Below are positions 18,983-28,997 of a DNA stretch of 64,000 nucleotides, in pieces. The notes under the pieces are model-generated. The model was given only the letters and a program-made list of their open reading frames with translations. It made no database searches and was not told the origin of the DNA. A program made the position numbers and the translations under genes. This DNA comes from Sphingorhabdus sp. (GTDB taxonomy: Bacteria > Pseudomonadota > Alphaproteobacteria > Sphingomonadales > Sphingomonadaceae), in contig NZ_JBGSRI010000036.1 in the NCBI RefSeq assembly GCF_041737645.1, positions 7,154 through 71,153 on the forward strand, read 5' to 3'. Each line of letters opens with the position of its first letter. Within the stretch, counting starts at the first letter, position 1.

Positions 18983-21271
18983 ATGCCCGAAACAAGCTTA
19001 CAAAACAACCCGCCATGGTTGAGCGGTCTGAACCCCCCACAACGCGAGGCCGTGTTGACGACGGAAGGGCCGGTCCTCCTGCTTGCCGGTGCCGGCACAG
19101 GGAAAACCGCTGCCTTAACGGCACGCATGGCACAGATACTCTATGCACGGCTGGCGTGGCCATCGGAGATATTGGCCGTCACCTTCACCAACAAGGCCGC
19201 GCGCGAAATGCGTGAACGGATTGGCGCGATGGTGGGCGAAGCGGTCGAAGGCATGCCGTGGCTAGGAACTTTCCATAGCATTGGCGCCAAGCTGCTCCGC
19301 CGCCATGCCGAAGTCATCGGCTTGCAGAGCAATTTCACCATCATCGACACCGACGACCAGATCCGCCTGCTGAAACAGCTGATCCAGTCCGAAGACCTTG
19401 ACGAAAAACGCTTCCCCGCCCGTGGCCTCGCCGTGTTGCTCGACAAATGGAAAAATGCCGGAAAATCGCCGTCAGACCTCGATGCCGCCGATAATGAAGC
19501 CTACGCCAACGGCAAGGGTCAGCGGATGTATGCGCTTTATCAGGCGCGGCTTCTGGCGCTAAATGCGTGCGACTTTGGCGATTTGTTACTGCACGGCTTG
19601 AATCTGCTCAAGAACCACCGCGATATCCTCGAAAAATATCAGACGCAGTTCAAATATATTTTGGTGGACGAATATCAAGACACTAACGCCGTCCAATATC
19701 TCTGGCTGCGTCTGCTGGCGCAAAAGCGTAAGAATATCTGCTGTGTTGGCGATGACGACCAGAGCATCTATTCCTGGCGCGGGGCAGAAGTGGCCAATAT
19801 TCTGCGCTTTGAAAAGGATTTTCCAGGCGCAAAGATAATCAAGCTCGAACAAAATTACCGCAGCACACCCCACATCCTTGCCGCCGCCAGCGGCCTGATC
19901 GACGCCAACAGCGCGCGTCTGGGGAAAACCTTGTGGACCGAACTGGACGAAGGCGAAAAGGTCCGGATCATCGGCGTGTGGGACGGCCCCGAAGAAGCCC
20001 GCCGTGTGGGTGAGGAAATTGAAAGCCTGCAATATAAGAGCGAAAGCCTCGACAGCATCGCCATACTCGTGCGCGCCCAACACCAGACCCGCGAATTTGA
20101 AGACCGCTTCATACAGATCGGCCTGAATTACCGCATTGTCGGCGGTTTCCGCTTTTACGAACGCGCCGAAATCCGCGATGCCATTGCCTATTTGCGGATC
20201 GTCAACCAACCCGCCGATGACCTTGCCTTTGAACGTATCGTCAATGTCCCCAAGCGCGGCATTGGGGATAAGGCTGTGGAAAAAATCCATATCATCGCCC
20301 GCGCCGACCAAGCACCCCTCAGCGTTGCCGCCGCCCGGCTGGTCGGTACGGACGAGCTTTCCGGCAAGGCGCGCAAATCGCTGGCCGACCTTGTCGTCGA
20401 TATAGCCCGTTGGCGGGATGAAGCATCGCGCATGACTCCAGCGGACTTGACCCGCCTGATCCTGGACGAGAGCGGATATACCGCCGTTCTACAGGCAGAA
20501 CGTAGCGTGGAGGCATCCGGACGGCTTGAAAACCTGAACGAACTTGCGCGCGCGATGGAAGAATATGAGACATTGGGCGAATTTCTGGAGCATGTCAGTC
20601 TGGTCATGGACAATGACCGGGGTGACACAGGCGCAAGTGTCACCATAATGACAATACACGCCGCCAAGGGATTGGAATATAATAATATTATTCTTGTTGG
20701 TTGGGAAGATGGTATATTCCCGTCGCAGCGTGCCTTGGACGAAGGTGGCCTTGCCTCCTTGGAGGAAGAGCGCCGCCTTGCCTATGTTGCGATTACCCGT
20801 GCGCGGCGCAAATGCACCATCATCCACGCCGCAAACCGCCGCATCTATGGCCAATGGACATCGAGCATCCCCAGCCGGTTCATCGAAGAATTACCGCTCG
20901 ACCATATCGAGGCCGAACAGACCATGACGGGCGGCGCTTCGCTGTGGCGTGCCAATTGGTCCGAACAATCCGACCCCTTCGCCCATCTCGCCGCCGCCAA
21001 TCAGGGTCGCAGCAATGCACGCGGTCCCGGTTGGCAACGTGCCGCAACCAGCGGGGGCTTTAACCCGCGCCCACAGCGCATCGCCGAAAATACAAAGAGC
21101 GCTGTGAGTTTGGGCAATAAGGGGCGCAGTGACCTGTCAGTCGGGATGCGCGTATTCCACGAAAAATTCGGTTATGGCAGCATCGCGGAAATTGAAGGCA
21201 ACAAGCTGGAAATCGATTTTGAAACTGCCGGGCGCAAACGGGTGATGGACAGTTTCGTATCAATGGGGTGA
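18983..21271 (+). CDS. uvrD: ATP-dependent DNA helicase, UvrD/PcrA/Rep family
   Basis: LNPPQREAV, Walker A AGAGTGKT, VDEYQDTN, and the TIHAAKGLE / YVAITRAR helicase motifs. I chose the ATG at 18983; the longest ORF (18902) overlaps the eamA-like gene. Confidence 0.85.
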   Translation: MPETSLQNNPPWLSGLNPPQREAVLTTEGPVLLLAGAGTGKTAALTARMAQILYARLAWPSEILAVTFTNKAAREMRERIGAMVGEAVEGMPWLGTFHSIGAKLLRRHAEVIGLQSNFTIIDTDDQIRLLKQLIQSEDLDEKRFPARGLAVLLDKWKNAGKSPSDLDAADNEAYANGKGQRMYALYQARLLALNACDFGDLLLHGLNLLKNHRDILEKYQTQFKYILVDEYQDTNAVQYLWLRLLAQKRKNICCVGDDDQSIYSWRGAEVANILRFEKDFPGAKIIKLEQNYRSTPHILAAASGLIDANSARLGKTLWTELDEGEKVRIIGVWDGPEEARRVGEEIESLQYKSESLDSIAILVRAQHQTREFEDRFIQIGLNYRIVGGFRFYERAEIRDAIAYLRIVNQPADDLAFERIVNVPKRGIGDKAVEKIHIIARADQAPLSVAAARLVGTDELSGKARKSLADLVVDIARWRDEASRMTPADLTRLILDESGYTAVLQAERSVEASGRLENLNELARAMEEYETLGEFLEHVSLVMDNDRGDTGASVTIMTIHAAKGLEYNNIILVGWEDGIFPSQRALDEGGLASLEEERRLAYVAITRARRKCTIIHAANRRIYGQWTSSIPSRFIEELPLDHIEAEQTMTGGASLWRANWSEQSDPFAHLAAANQGRSNARGPGWQRAATSGGFNPRPQRIAENTKSAVSLGNKGRSDLSVGMRVFHEKFGYGSIAEIEGNKLEIDFETAGRKRVMDSFVSMG

Positions 21272-21721
21272 CAGGCGGCCTGCGACATGGCCCGGCATGA
21301 CTTCATCCCACCCGGTGCGCGCTTCTGTGATGAACGCCTTCAACCGTTCCCCTTGACGAACCCATGCCGCTTCGGTTTCGCTATTCCAGCTTGCTCCTGC
21401 GGCTTCTGCAACAGTTTCGATGGTTAACGCGATCCAGCTTTCATATTCAACCCACGGCAATTGCCCATAATTACGGTGCGTGAAGGCCAGTTCGGCAACC
21501 AGTGGCCACACCCATTGCTCCTCGTCCTTGGCCAATCCCATCATCATTTCCAGAGTTTCATCGGTCATCCGCCGGGACGCAGCATCAAGGTTCAGAAAAT
21601 CAGCGGGCCTTTGCGGCCATGCAGTGAAAAATTTGTCGAAAAGGGCAAATCGCAATTCCACCCCCGCTTCCGCACCTGCAATCAGGCTAGCTTCCATGAG
21701 TTCAGCGTCTGGCGATACCAT
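21260..21721 (-). CDS. globin-like protein (single domain)
   Basis: About 153 aa from Met104 of the long ORF. The pattern LFDKFF..P....F ... LAFTHRNYG..PWVEY..W...I..V......W..E...AW resembles bacterial or sensor globins with a proximal-His candidate. The longer N-terminus (up to 22030) would overlap the PilZ gene on the opposite strand. Confidence 0.45.
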   Translation of the reverse strand: MVSPDAELMEASLIAGAEAGVELRFALFDKFFTAWPQRPADFLNLDAASRRMTDETLEMMMGLAKDEEQWVWPLVAELAFTHRNYGQLPWVEYESWIALTIETVAEAAGASWNSETEAAWVRQGERLKAFITEARTGWDEVMPGHVAGRLSPH

Positions 21722-21851
21722 GTCGTTCACGCTCTCACAGAACAACGCCGGTGCAAAGGAATATTTAATAGCAGGTCCTGACCCTAAATATCCGCACCAA
21801 ACAGCCGTAAAATCATAAAATATCGGTGGCGAATGTTGAAGCGCCTGAGAA

Positions 21852-22523
21852 ATGGACCATTTCATGGAACTGAACCCTTCGTTGAACGCTGTTTCAACCC
21901 CAATATCGGACGAGGCCCAGCCGGCGAGTGAACGGCGTTCGGGTGAACGCCAGGTTTCGGTGATGCTGACCGCGAAGCTGGAGGCTGGCGGCAGACAACA
22001 GCCATGCCGTATCCTGAATATTTCCGTCAAAGGCGCGAATATCGAGTCACTGATCGAACTTCAGGTTGGACAGCCCATCGAAATAGAGTTTCGTTCGAAC
22101 CTGAAACTACGCGGCGTTGTCCGCTGGGTTCGACAATCACAGGCGGGTGTGGAATTTCAAAACGCAATTGATCTCAATGAAATCTGGAAACGAACCGAGG
22201 CCAGTATCATGCGTATCAAGCCAAGGCCGCCGCGCTTTTGTTGCTTTGCCCCTGCAACGATTGAAACCGCAGATGGCAACCAGATTTGCCAGATTATCGA
22301 TATTTCGGCATCAGGATTACGGGTTATCGACCTGTTTAACATTCCCACCGGAACGACCGTGATGATCGAAGCGGAAGGATTGTCCCGCCACCGTGCTGTC
22401 GTCATATGGTGCAACGCCAATGCGGCCGGACTGAAGCTGTTCAACGCGTATAAATATAGTGAACTCGAATCTTGGTTACTTCGTCAGGAGGGCCGTTCGG
22501 ACGTGGATCGCCATGCTAATTGA
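21852..22523 (+). CDS. tandem PilZ domain protein (predicted c-di-GMP receptor)
   Basis: There are two PilZ signatures: RSGER...NISVKG and RIKPR...DISASG. An alternative ATG lies at 21864. Confidence 0.75.
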   Translation: MDHFMELNPSLNAVSTPISDEAQPASERRSGERQVSVMLTAKLEAGGRQQPCRILNISVKGANIESLIELQVGQPIEIEFRSNLKLRGVVRWVRQSQAGVEFQNAIDLNEIWKRTEASIMRIKPRPPRFCCFAPATIETADGNQICQIIDISASGLRVIDLFNIPTGTTVMIEAEGLSRHRAVVIWCNANAAGLKLFNAYKYSELESWLLRQEGRSDVDRHAN

Positions 22524-23793
22524 AATTACTGCCGAGCAACTTCGGGTCGGAATGTATGTCCATTCACTTGACCTTTCCTGGTATAACCATCCTTTTTGGC
22601 GGCGGAGGTTCCTGATAAATAATAAAGCGGATTTGACGACGCTTTTGGCGTTGGGAACCCGTGTGATTGTCATTGACGATAGCAAAGGTCTGGCTCCTCA
22701 GCCAAAGCATGATCCGGTTCCCGATGTCGCCAGCCTTCCTGCAACATCAGATTTGATCCAGTTCGAAGCGAACCCCGCCAAATCCAAGCCTGCGCCAAAA
22801 AGGCCGGTGCCAAATGGCCCCGATAGCACACCGATACCTTTGGTCGGTGCGGCGCGGAAAACGGAAATGCTGCGCGCTTCAAAAATGTTGTACCGGTCAA
22901 AGACCGAGTTAATGACCCTTTTCGGCAATGCGCGAATGGGAAAAGCTATTTCGACGCGCAAGATAACAAATCTGGTCGCGCAGATTTCGGATAGCGTTAC
23001 CAAAGATCCATCAATCATCCTGAATATCGCACGGCTGAAAACTAAGGATGAATACACGTTCCTGCATTCGGTTTCGGTATGTGCCTTGATGATAAATCTG
23101 GGACGCAAGTTGGGGCTGGATGAGGTAGTCGTGCAAGATCTGGGCATGGCCGGAATGCTCCACGATCTTGGGAAAATGACGATCCCTGATTTGATATTGA
23201 ACAAACCGGCCAAGTTGGATGAAGAAGAATGGCGCATTGTCCGCAGCCATCCGGAAAAAGGCCATGCGATATTATCCTCGGCAAAATGCGGGACCGAAAC
23301 CGCGTTGGATGTATGTTTGCACCATCACGAAAAAATGGACGGCACAGGCTACCCCAATAGAATAAAAGGGGAGGATTTAAGCCTGGCAGCACGGATGGCC
23401 GCGATTTGCGACGTTTATGACGCGATCACGTCACAGCGCAGTTACAATGCACCGCTGTCTGGCGCGGTTGCTTTATCTAAAATGTTAAGCTTGAAAGGTC
23501 ATTTTGACCAATCTCTGCTCCGTAGCTTTATTGAAAGCCTTGGCATTTCGCCAATTGGAACCGTGGTCCAGTTAACCGATGGTAAGTATGCCATCGTCAT
23601 TGGCGAGAATCCTGAAGATTTTTCGCAACCCGTTGTCAGGACATTTCGTGACCCTGAAAATCCGGAGTTATTTGTACCGAAGGACGTCCGCATTTCCAGA
23701 ATAACGGGCACAGTACAAGTTCATGCGATCATATATGATCTGACGCCGGAGTTGGAAGCGAAGGCACAGGACACGTCGGTTTTTGTGTCCTGA
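22513..23793 (+). CDS. HD-GYP domain c-di-GMP phosphodiesterase-type protein (DUF3391-like N-terminus)
   Basis: HDLGK and HHHEKMDGTGYP motifs. The N-terminus LRVGMYVHSLDLSWYNHPF is typical of the DUF3391 and HD-GYP architecture. The ATG at 22513 overlaps the PilZ stop (22521-22523). Confidence 0.85.
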   Translation: MLIEITAEQLRVGMYVHSLDLSWYNHPFWRRRFLINNKADLTTLLALGTRVIVIDDSKGLAPQPKHDPVPDVASLPATSDLIQFEANPAKSKPAPKRPVPNGPDSTPIPLVGAARKTEMLRASKMLYRSKTELMTLFGNARMGKAISTRKITNLVAQISDSVTKDPSIILNIARLKTKDEYTFLHSVSVCALMINLGRKLGLDEVVVQDLGMAGMLHDLGKMTIPDLILNKPAKLDEEEWRIVRSHPEKGHAILSSAKCGTETALDVCLHHHEKMDGTGYPNRIKGEDLSLAARMAAICDVYDAITSQRSYNAPLSGAVALSKMLSLKGHFDQSLLRSFIESLGISPIGTVVQLTDGKYAIVIGENPEDFSQPVVRTFRDPENPELFVPKDVRISRITGTVQVHAIIYDLTPELEAKAQDTSVFVS

Positions 23794-23892
23794 TTACAGC
23801 ACCGGATTTCCGTTAGCGATGTAATCATTACCCTGAAGATAGACAATCAAGTCGATTGCACATCCCCACATTCGTCCATAGTAGGTCAAAGG

Positions 23893-25215
23893 ATGACGGC
23901 AGCCGAAGTCCATCCCCTTTCCATCCCCGATTACCGCTACTTTTGGTTCAGCCGGTTCATGGCTGTCTTGGCGACAATGGGCATGGTCGTGGTCATAGGA
24001 TATCAGGCTTATGACATCGCGCGCAGTGATTATGGAATGTCGATCCGCGAAGCGTCGTTCCAACTGGGACTATTGGGATTATCCCAGTTCATCCCGTTGG
24101 CGTTGCTGACCCCGGTTGCAGGCTGGGCCGCCGACCGTTGGGAACGCCGGACAGTGGCAAGGGTAGCAAATTGCATTGATATGCTGGTCGCATTGGCGCT
24201 GGGTTGGTTCACCTTGCACGACATGTTGACCTTGCCGTTACTCTTTGGTTTTGCCGCGTTGCACGGCGTGGCGCGGGTATTTGTCGGGCCGGCGATGTCG
24301 GCGATTGCGCCCAATATCGTTCCAACTGCGTCCCTGCCCCGCGCCATCGCGTTAAGTTCCATCGCCTGGCAAGTCGGGTCGGTGTTCGGTCCGGCGGGCG
24401 GCGGGTTGTTGTTTGCGGCCAGTCCGGCGTCACCTTATTGGGTGTCAGCTGGCCTATTACTCCTCGCAACCATCAGCCTTAGCTTCGTCAAACCAGTTTT
24501 TCCGCCGCCGATGCACCGAAAGGTGCATCCGGTCAGACAAATGATCGATGGTATCAAATATACTCTGACCGAGCGGTTTTTGTTGGGCGCAATCACGCTG
24601 GATTTGTTCGCCGTTCTTCTGGCCGGGGCAACCGCTCTGTTACCGGTTTATGCCCGTGATATTTTGCAGGTTGGGCCGGATGGTCTTGGGCAATTGCGCG
24701 CCGCTCCGGCGGTCGGGGCTTCGCTGGTCGCTTTGCTCCTGACCCTGCGACCCTTGCGTCATAATGTTGGTAGTAAGATGCTGTGGTCGGTTGTCATATT
24801 CGGGCTAGCGACCATCGGCTTTGGGTTCAGTCATGAAATCGGGACGCGGGTCTTTGACGATGGCCGGATAGGCTGGCTGAACATGGGCGCGGGCATGGCG
24901 GTGGCATTGGTTATGCTGGTCATACTCGGCGCTTCGGATATGCTATCGGTCTATGTGCGCTCCTCGCTCGTTCAATTGAATACGCCCGACGATATGCGCG
25001 GGCGGGTCAGTTCGGTGTCCGGCCTAGCTATTTCGGCCTCCAATGAATTGGGAGAGCTGCAATCAGGGGTGGTGGCGGCATTGCTTGGCCCTGTCGTCGC
25101 GGTTGTTTTTGGCGGCGTCGGTGCCATAATGGTAACAGGCCTATGGGCATGGCTGTTCCCTGAACTGAAAAATGCCCGCACATTCGAACCGCAATACAGA
25201 GGAAAAAGTCCATGA
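23893..25215 (+). CDS. MFS transporter
   Basis: 440 aa with about 12 TM helices and a [10 protein letters not shown] loop motif. AAAGG lies upstream of the ATG. ATGA overlap with cysK. Confidence 0.8.
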   Translation: MTAAEVHPLSIPDYRYFWFSRFMAVLATMGMVVVIGYQAYDIARSDYGMSIREASFQLGLLGLSQFIPLALLTPVAGWAADRWERRTVARVANCIDMLVALALGWFTLHDMLTLPLLFGFAALHGVARVFVGPAMSAIAPNIVPTASLPRAIALSSIAWQVGSVFGPAGGGLLFAASPASPYWVSAGLLLLATISLSFVKPVFPPPMHRKVHPVRQMIDGIKYTLTERFLLGAITLDLFAVLLAGATALLPVYARDILQVGPDGLGQLRAAPAVGASLVALLLTLRPLRHNVGSKMLWSVVIFGLATIGFGFSHEIGTRVFDDGRIGWLNMGAGMAVALVMLVILGASDMLSVYVRSSLVQLNTPDDMRGRVSSVSGLAISASNELGELQSGVVAALLGPVVAVVFGGVGAIMVTGLWAWLFPELKNARTFEPQYRGKSP

Positions 25216-26132
25216 AAGCCCAATCCATCCTCGAGACCATTGGTAACAGCCCGCACATCCGACTTGGACGGATGTTTCCGGATGCCGAAGTGTGGGTGAA
25301 ATCGGAACGATCGAACCCGGGCGGATCGATCAAGGACCGGATCGGCCTTGCGATGATCGAAGCGGCGGAAAAGGATGGCAGCCTGAAGCCCGGCGGCACG
25401 ATTATCGAGCCGACATCGGGGAATACCGGCGTCGGGCTGGCGATGGTTGCTGCGGTCAAGGGATATCGACTGATCCTTGTCATGCCGGAATCCATGTCGC
25501 TCGAACGCCGCCGCCTGATGCTAGCTTATGGTGCGACATTTGATCTTACTCCCCGGGAAAAGGGAATGAAGGGCGCAATCGAACGCGCGATGGAGCTGGT
25601 TGCGGGAACACCCAATTCATGGATGCCGCAACAATTTGAAAACCCCGCCAATATCGATGTGCACGTCCACACCACCGCGCAGGAAATATTGGCCGATTTC
25701 GCCGACGCACCCATCGACGCCATGATCACCGGCGTTGGCACCGGCGGACATATAACGGGCTGCGCCGAAGTGTTGAAAAAGGCATGGCCTTCAATCAAGG
25801 TTTTTGCGGTCGAACCCACATTGTCCCCCGTCATCAGCGGCGGCCAACCGGGGCCGCATGCCATTCAAGGCATAGGCGCAGGCTTTATTCCCGCCAATTT
25901 GCATACAGCATTGCTCGATGGTGTCATTCAGGTCGACCCGGAAAGCGCAAAAGAAGCAGCCCGCCGTGCAGCGCGCGAAGAAGGTATGCTGGTTGGCATT
26001 TCATCAGGCGCAACATTGGCCGCCATCGCGCAAAAATTGCCCGATCTGCCTTCGGGAAGCCGGATTTTGGGTTTCAACTATGACACTGGCGAACGCTATC
26101 TGTCGGTGCCGGATTTCCTGCCGGTGGAATAA
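25212..26132 (+). CDS. cysK: cysteine synthase A (O-acetylserine sulfhydrylase)
   Basis: PLP-lysine motif [16 protein letters not shown] and GTGGHITG motifs. Confidence 0.9.
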   Translation: MKAQSILETIGNSPHIRLGRMFPDAEVWVKSERSNPGGSIKDRIGLAMIEAAEKDGSLKPGGTIIEPTSGNTGVGLAMVAAVKGYRLILVMPESMSLERRRLMLAYGATFDLTPREKGMKGAIERAMELVAGTPNSWMPQQFENPANIDVHVHTTAQEILADFADAPIDAMITGVGTGGHITGCAEVLKKAWPSIKVFAVEPTLSPVISGGQPGPHAIQGIGAGFIPANLHTALLDGVIQVDPESAKEAARRAAREEGMLVGISSGATLAAIAQKLPDLPSGSRILGFNYDTGERYLSVPDFLPVE

Positions 26133-26139
26133 ACCAAAC

Positions 26140-26168
26140 GGGCCGGAGCATATTGATTGCTCCGGCCC
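26140..26168. terminator. perfect 11-bp hairpin between convergent cysK and the small secreted-protein gene
   Basis: GGGCCGGAGCA-tattgat-TGCTCCGGCCC. On the minus strand it is followed by the T-rich GTTTGGTTTATT. There is no U-tract on the plus strand. Confidence 0.55.
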
Positions 26169-26204
26169 CGCCTGAAAAGCGCCCCTTGCGACCCGAAGGC
26201 GCCC

Positions 26205-26489
26205 TTATTCAGCTTTGGATTTCTTTTCCATTTGGTCGTCGGGTTTGCCATCCCCATTGTCGTCAAACCGATCGGGCTTGCCGTCGCCATTCACGTCCCA
26301 CGCATCCGGAACGCCATTTCCATCGCGGTCCCAAGCGTCCAATTTCCCATCTTCGTTCGAATCTATCGTCGGAGGCGGCACCGCCCCTTCGGGCGCAGGT
26401 GCCATTTGCGCGACAGCCGCGCTGTGTAAACTAAAAGCTGCAAGTGCCGAAACGACGGCGCTGGCGACCCATTTTTGTTTTTGAGACAT
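26205..26489 (-). CDS. small secreted protein with four Asp-rich DxDG(D/N)G calcium-binding-like repeats
   Basis: Signal peptide MSQKQKWVASAVVSALAAFSLHSAAVAQ, followed by DSNEDGKLDAWD / RDGNGVPDAWD / VNGDGKPDRFD / DNGDGKPDD. AAGGAG lies 6 nt upstream of the ATG at 26489. Confidence 0.65.
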   Translation of the reverse strand: MSQKQKWVASAVVSALAAFSLHSAAVAQMAPAPEGAVPPPTIDSNEDGKLDAWDRDGNGVPDAWDVNGDGKPDRFDDNGDGKPDDQMEKKSKAE

Positions 26490-26636
26490 TGGTTGCTCCT
26501 TAAAAGCCAACCCCCTGTCAACGCCGATAGTCGGCCAAATATAGTGCTCGCACCAGCACCATGCGCTGGTAGGAGCCAGGAAAGAGGCTGTTCGAAAACC
26601 CGCCTCTCCCTATCGCAAATGGGGCGCTGTTGACCG

Positions 26637-28436
26637 TCAGGCTACCGCGAACATATCCGGTGACAGCGCCATTATCGCCTCGCTCCCCGCCTCAATCTTG
26701 CGACGCAACGCGCCGCAATCAGGCAAGAATCGCTCGGCAAAATAACGCGCGGTGACCAGCTTGGTTTCATAAAAAGCCGCGTTTCCGGTCCCTGCATCGA
26801 GCGACCGCTGTGCCGCCTCGGCCATACGCAGCCATTGCAGCCCGAGTGCGACATTCCCCATGATGTGCATATAATGATGTGCGCCCGCGCCGACATTGTC
26901 CGGGTTCGCCATTCCATTTTGCATGAACCACATGGTCGCCGCCTTCAACTCTCCATTCGCCTTTTCAAGGCGACCGGCAAAATCGGCAAGCGCGCCAGAT
27001 TTTGCCGAAGCGCATTCATCGTCGACAACCTTGAAAAAAGCCTGAACCGCACGGCCGCCGTTTTGCGCCAGCTTGCGGCCGACCAGGTCCATTGCCTGGA
27101 CCCCGTTGGTACCTTCATAGATCATCGCGATCCGGGCATCGCGAACATATTGTTCCATACCCCATTCGCCAATATAGCCGTGTCCGCCAAACACCTGCTG
27201 CGCGTTGGTGGCCACTTCATAACCTTTGTCGGTGCCATATCCTTTGATAACCGGCGTCAGCAGTGACAACAGGTCATCAGCCATTTGCCGTTCATCCTCG
27301 GTCTGTGCTTGGTGCAGCAGATCGGCCTGCAACGCGCCCCACAGACACAAAGCGCGCATCGCTTCGGTAAAGGCCTTCGCATCCATCAACATCCGGCGGA
27401 CATCGGGGTGCACGAACAAGGTATCGGCTTTCTGGTCAAGATCCTGAGGACCGGTGAGCGCCCGTCCCTGACGCCGGTCCTGTGCATAATGCACCGCATT
27501 TTGATAGGCCACTTCGGCAATACCAAGTCCCTGCTGTCCCACGCCAAGACGCGCGATATTCATCATGATAAACATGGCCGCGAGGCCCTTATTTTCTTCG
27601 CCCACCAGATAACCGGTCGCACCATCATAGTTCATTACACAGGTCGAATTGCCGTGAATGCCCATTTTATGTTCGATCGAACCACAGGAAAGCGCGTTGC
27701 GTGCGCCCAGCGACCCGTCATCATTGACCAGAAATTTGGGAACGATGAATAGCGAAATGCCCTTCACATTGTCTGGCGCATCGGGCGTCTTTGCCAGAAC
27801 CAGATGAATGATATTCTCGGTCAAATCATGCTCGCCGGATGAAATGAAGATTTTCATGCCGGTAATGCTATGCGACCCGTCCCCATTGGGAACCGCTTTG
27901 GTGCGGATAAGGCCCAGATCGGTTCCACAATGCGGCTCCGTCAGGTTCATGGTTCCACCCCATTTGCCCGAAATCATGTTCGGGGCATATTTGGCCTTTT
28001 GTTCTTCACTGCCCTTCACCAAGATCGCGGAAACGGCGCCGTGGGTCAGGCCGGGGTACATGGCAAATGCCATGTTTGAACTGGCCATATATTCTTCGAA
28101 TGCCATCGAAACGATGTGCGGCATAGCCTGACCGCCAAATTCTGACGGTGCGGACAAGGTGCCCCAACCGGCATCGCAATATTGCTTATAGGCTTCCTTA
28201 AAACCTTCAGGTGTCGTGACGCTGCCATCTTCATGCCGGGTGCACCCTTGCAAATCACCCACCTGATTAAGCTGGAACAACACGCCCTCGACGAATTTCG
28301 CGCCCTCACCCAAAATCGCCTCGATCATGTCGGCGCTGGCATTTTCAAAACCGGGAAGGTTCGCAAAACGTTCGATACCCAAAACTTCATTGATTACAAA
28401 TTGGGTGTCACGAACAGGAGCTTGATAATGTGGCAT
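26637..28436 (-). CDS. acyl-CoA dehydrogenase (long, about 600 aa type)
   Basis: ACAD N, middle and C domains ([19 protein letters not shown]) plus a C-terminal extension typical of large AcdA/FadE-like enzymes. Confidence 0.9.
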   Translation of the reverse strand: MPHYQAPVRDTQFVINEVLGIERFANLPGFENASADMIEAILGEGAKFVEGVLFQLNQVGDLQGCTRHEDGSVTTPEGFKEAYKQYCDAGWGTLSAPSEFGGQAMPHIVSMAFEEYMASSNMAFAMYPGLTHGAVSAILVKGSEEQKAKYAPNMISGKWGGTMNLTEPHCGTDLGLIRTKAVPNGDGSHSITGMKIFISSGEHDLTENIIHLVLAKTPDAPDNVKGISLFIVPKFLVNDDGSLGARNALSCGSIEHKMGIHGNSTCVMNYDGATGYLVGEENKGLAAMFIMMNIARLGVGQQGLGIAEVAYQNAVHYAQDRRQGRALTGPQDLDQKADTLFVHPDVRRMLMDAKAFTEAMRALCLWGALQADLLHQAQTEDERQMADDLLSLLTPVIKGYGTDKGYEVATNAQQVFGGHGYIGEWGMEQYVRDARIAMIYEGTNGVQAMDLVGRKLAQNGGRAVQAFFKVVDDECASAKSGALADFAGRLEKANGELKAATMWFMQNGMANPDNVGAGAHHYMHIMGNVALGLQWLRMAEAAQRSLDAGTGNAAFYETKLVTARYFAERFLPDCGALRRKIEAGSEAIMALSPDMFAVA

Positions 28437-28469
28437 GATATGTCCTTCGACAGGTAAAGATAAAAGGTT

Positions 28470-28922
28470 TCAGGCCGCGGTCGATTTTTCGGATTCTTCA
28501 ACCCGTTCGACCATAGCGACAAAGTCGGTCAATTCGTTGATCGCGCTTTCGATATCATCACGCTGCGCCTTTAATAAATTGATACGATCCCGGCATTTTT
28601 CGATAGTTACCCGGCGCTGGATATTGCGGCCATCATTCAAGTCATACAGGTCGATCATCTCGCGAATTTCCGCAAGGCTGAACCCGACGCGCTTCGCCCT
28701 CAATATCCACGCCAACCTCGCCCGGTCCCGCTTCGAATAGATCCGCGCCAGACCAAGCCGTTCCGGCGAAATCAGCCCCTGATCTTCGTAAAAGCGCAAT
28801 GCGCGGGCGGTTACGTCGAACTCGGTCGACAAATCCGATATTGTAAAGGAATCGCGATTGAATACATCGGGCGTGTCGATTGTGGCATCGGCATGCCTTT
28901 CATTTTGTGACATATGATCCAT
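28470..28922 (-). CDS. MerR family transcriptional regulator (LiuR-like)
   Basis: HTH FTISDLSTEFDVTARALRFYEDQGLI and a coiled-coil dimerisation helix. Lies immediately upstream of, and co-oriented with, the acyl-CoA dehydrogenase gene. Confidence 0.8.
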   Translation of the reverse strand: MDHMSQNERHADATIDTPDVFNRDSFTISDLSTEFDVTARALRFYEDQGLISPERLGLARIYSKRDRARLAWILRAKRVGFSLAEIREMIDLYDLNDGRNIQRRVTIEKCRDRINLLKAQRDDIESAINELTDFVAMVERVEESEKSTAA

Positions 28923-28960
28923 AGCGACGTTATCCCTCTTCGTTGCACTAACGTCACTAC

Positions 28961-28982
28961 TTTACGTTAGCGTAAACGTCAA
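28961..28982 (-). promoter_or_regulatory. candidate MerR-type promoter/operator
   Basis: Reading the minus strand gives TTGACG (28982-28977) followed directly by the dyad TTTACG-ctaa-CGTAAA (28976-28961), 39-54 nt upstream of the merR-like ATG. Placing the operator dyad in the spacer is the MerR-family pattern. Confidence 0.35.
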
Positions 28983-28997
28983 TTGGGATTTTGCCGA

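Noticed and set aside
21722-22030. N-terminal 103 codons of the longest minus-strand ORF (21260-22030).
   Set aside because: This extension overlaps the start of the well-supported PilZ gene on the other strand and contains no globin-like sequence. An internal Met at 21721 gives a domain-sized protein and leaves a plausible 130-bp divergent promoter region.
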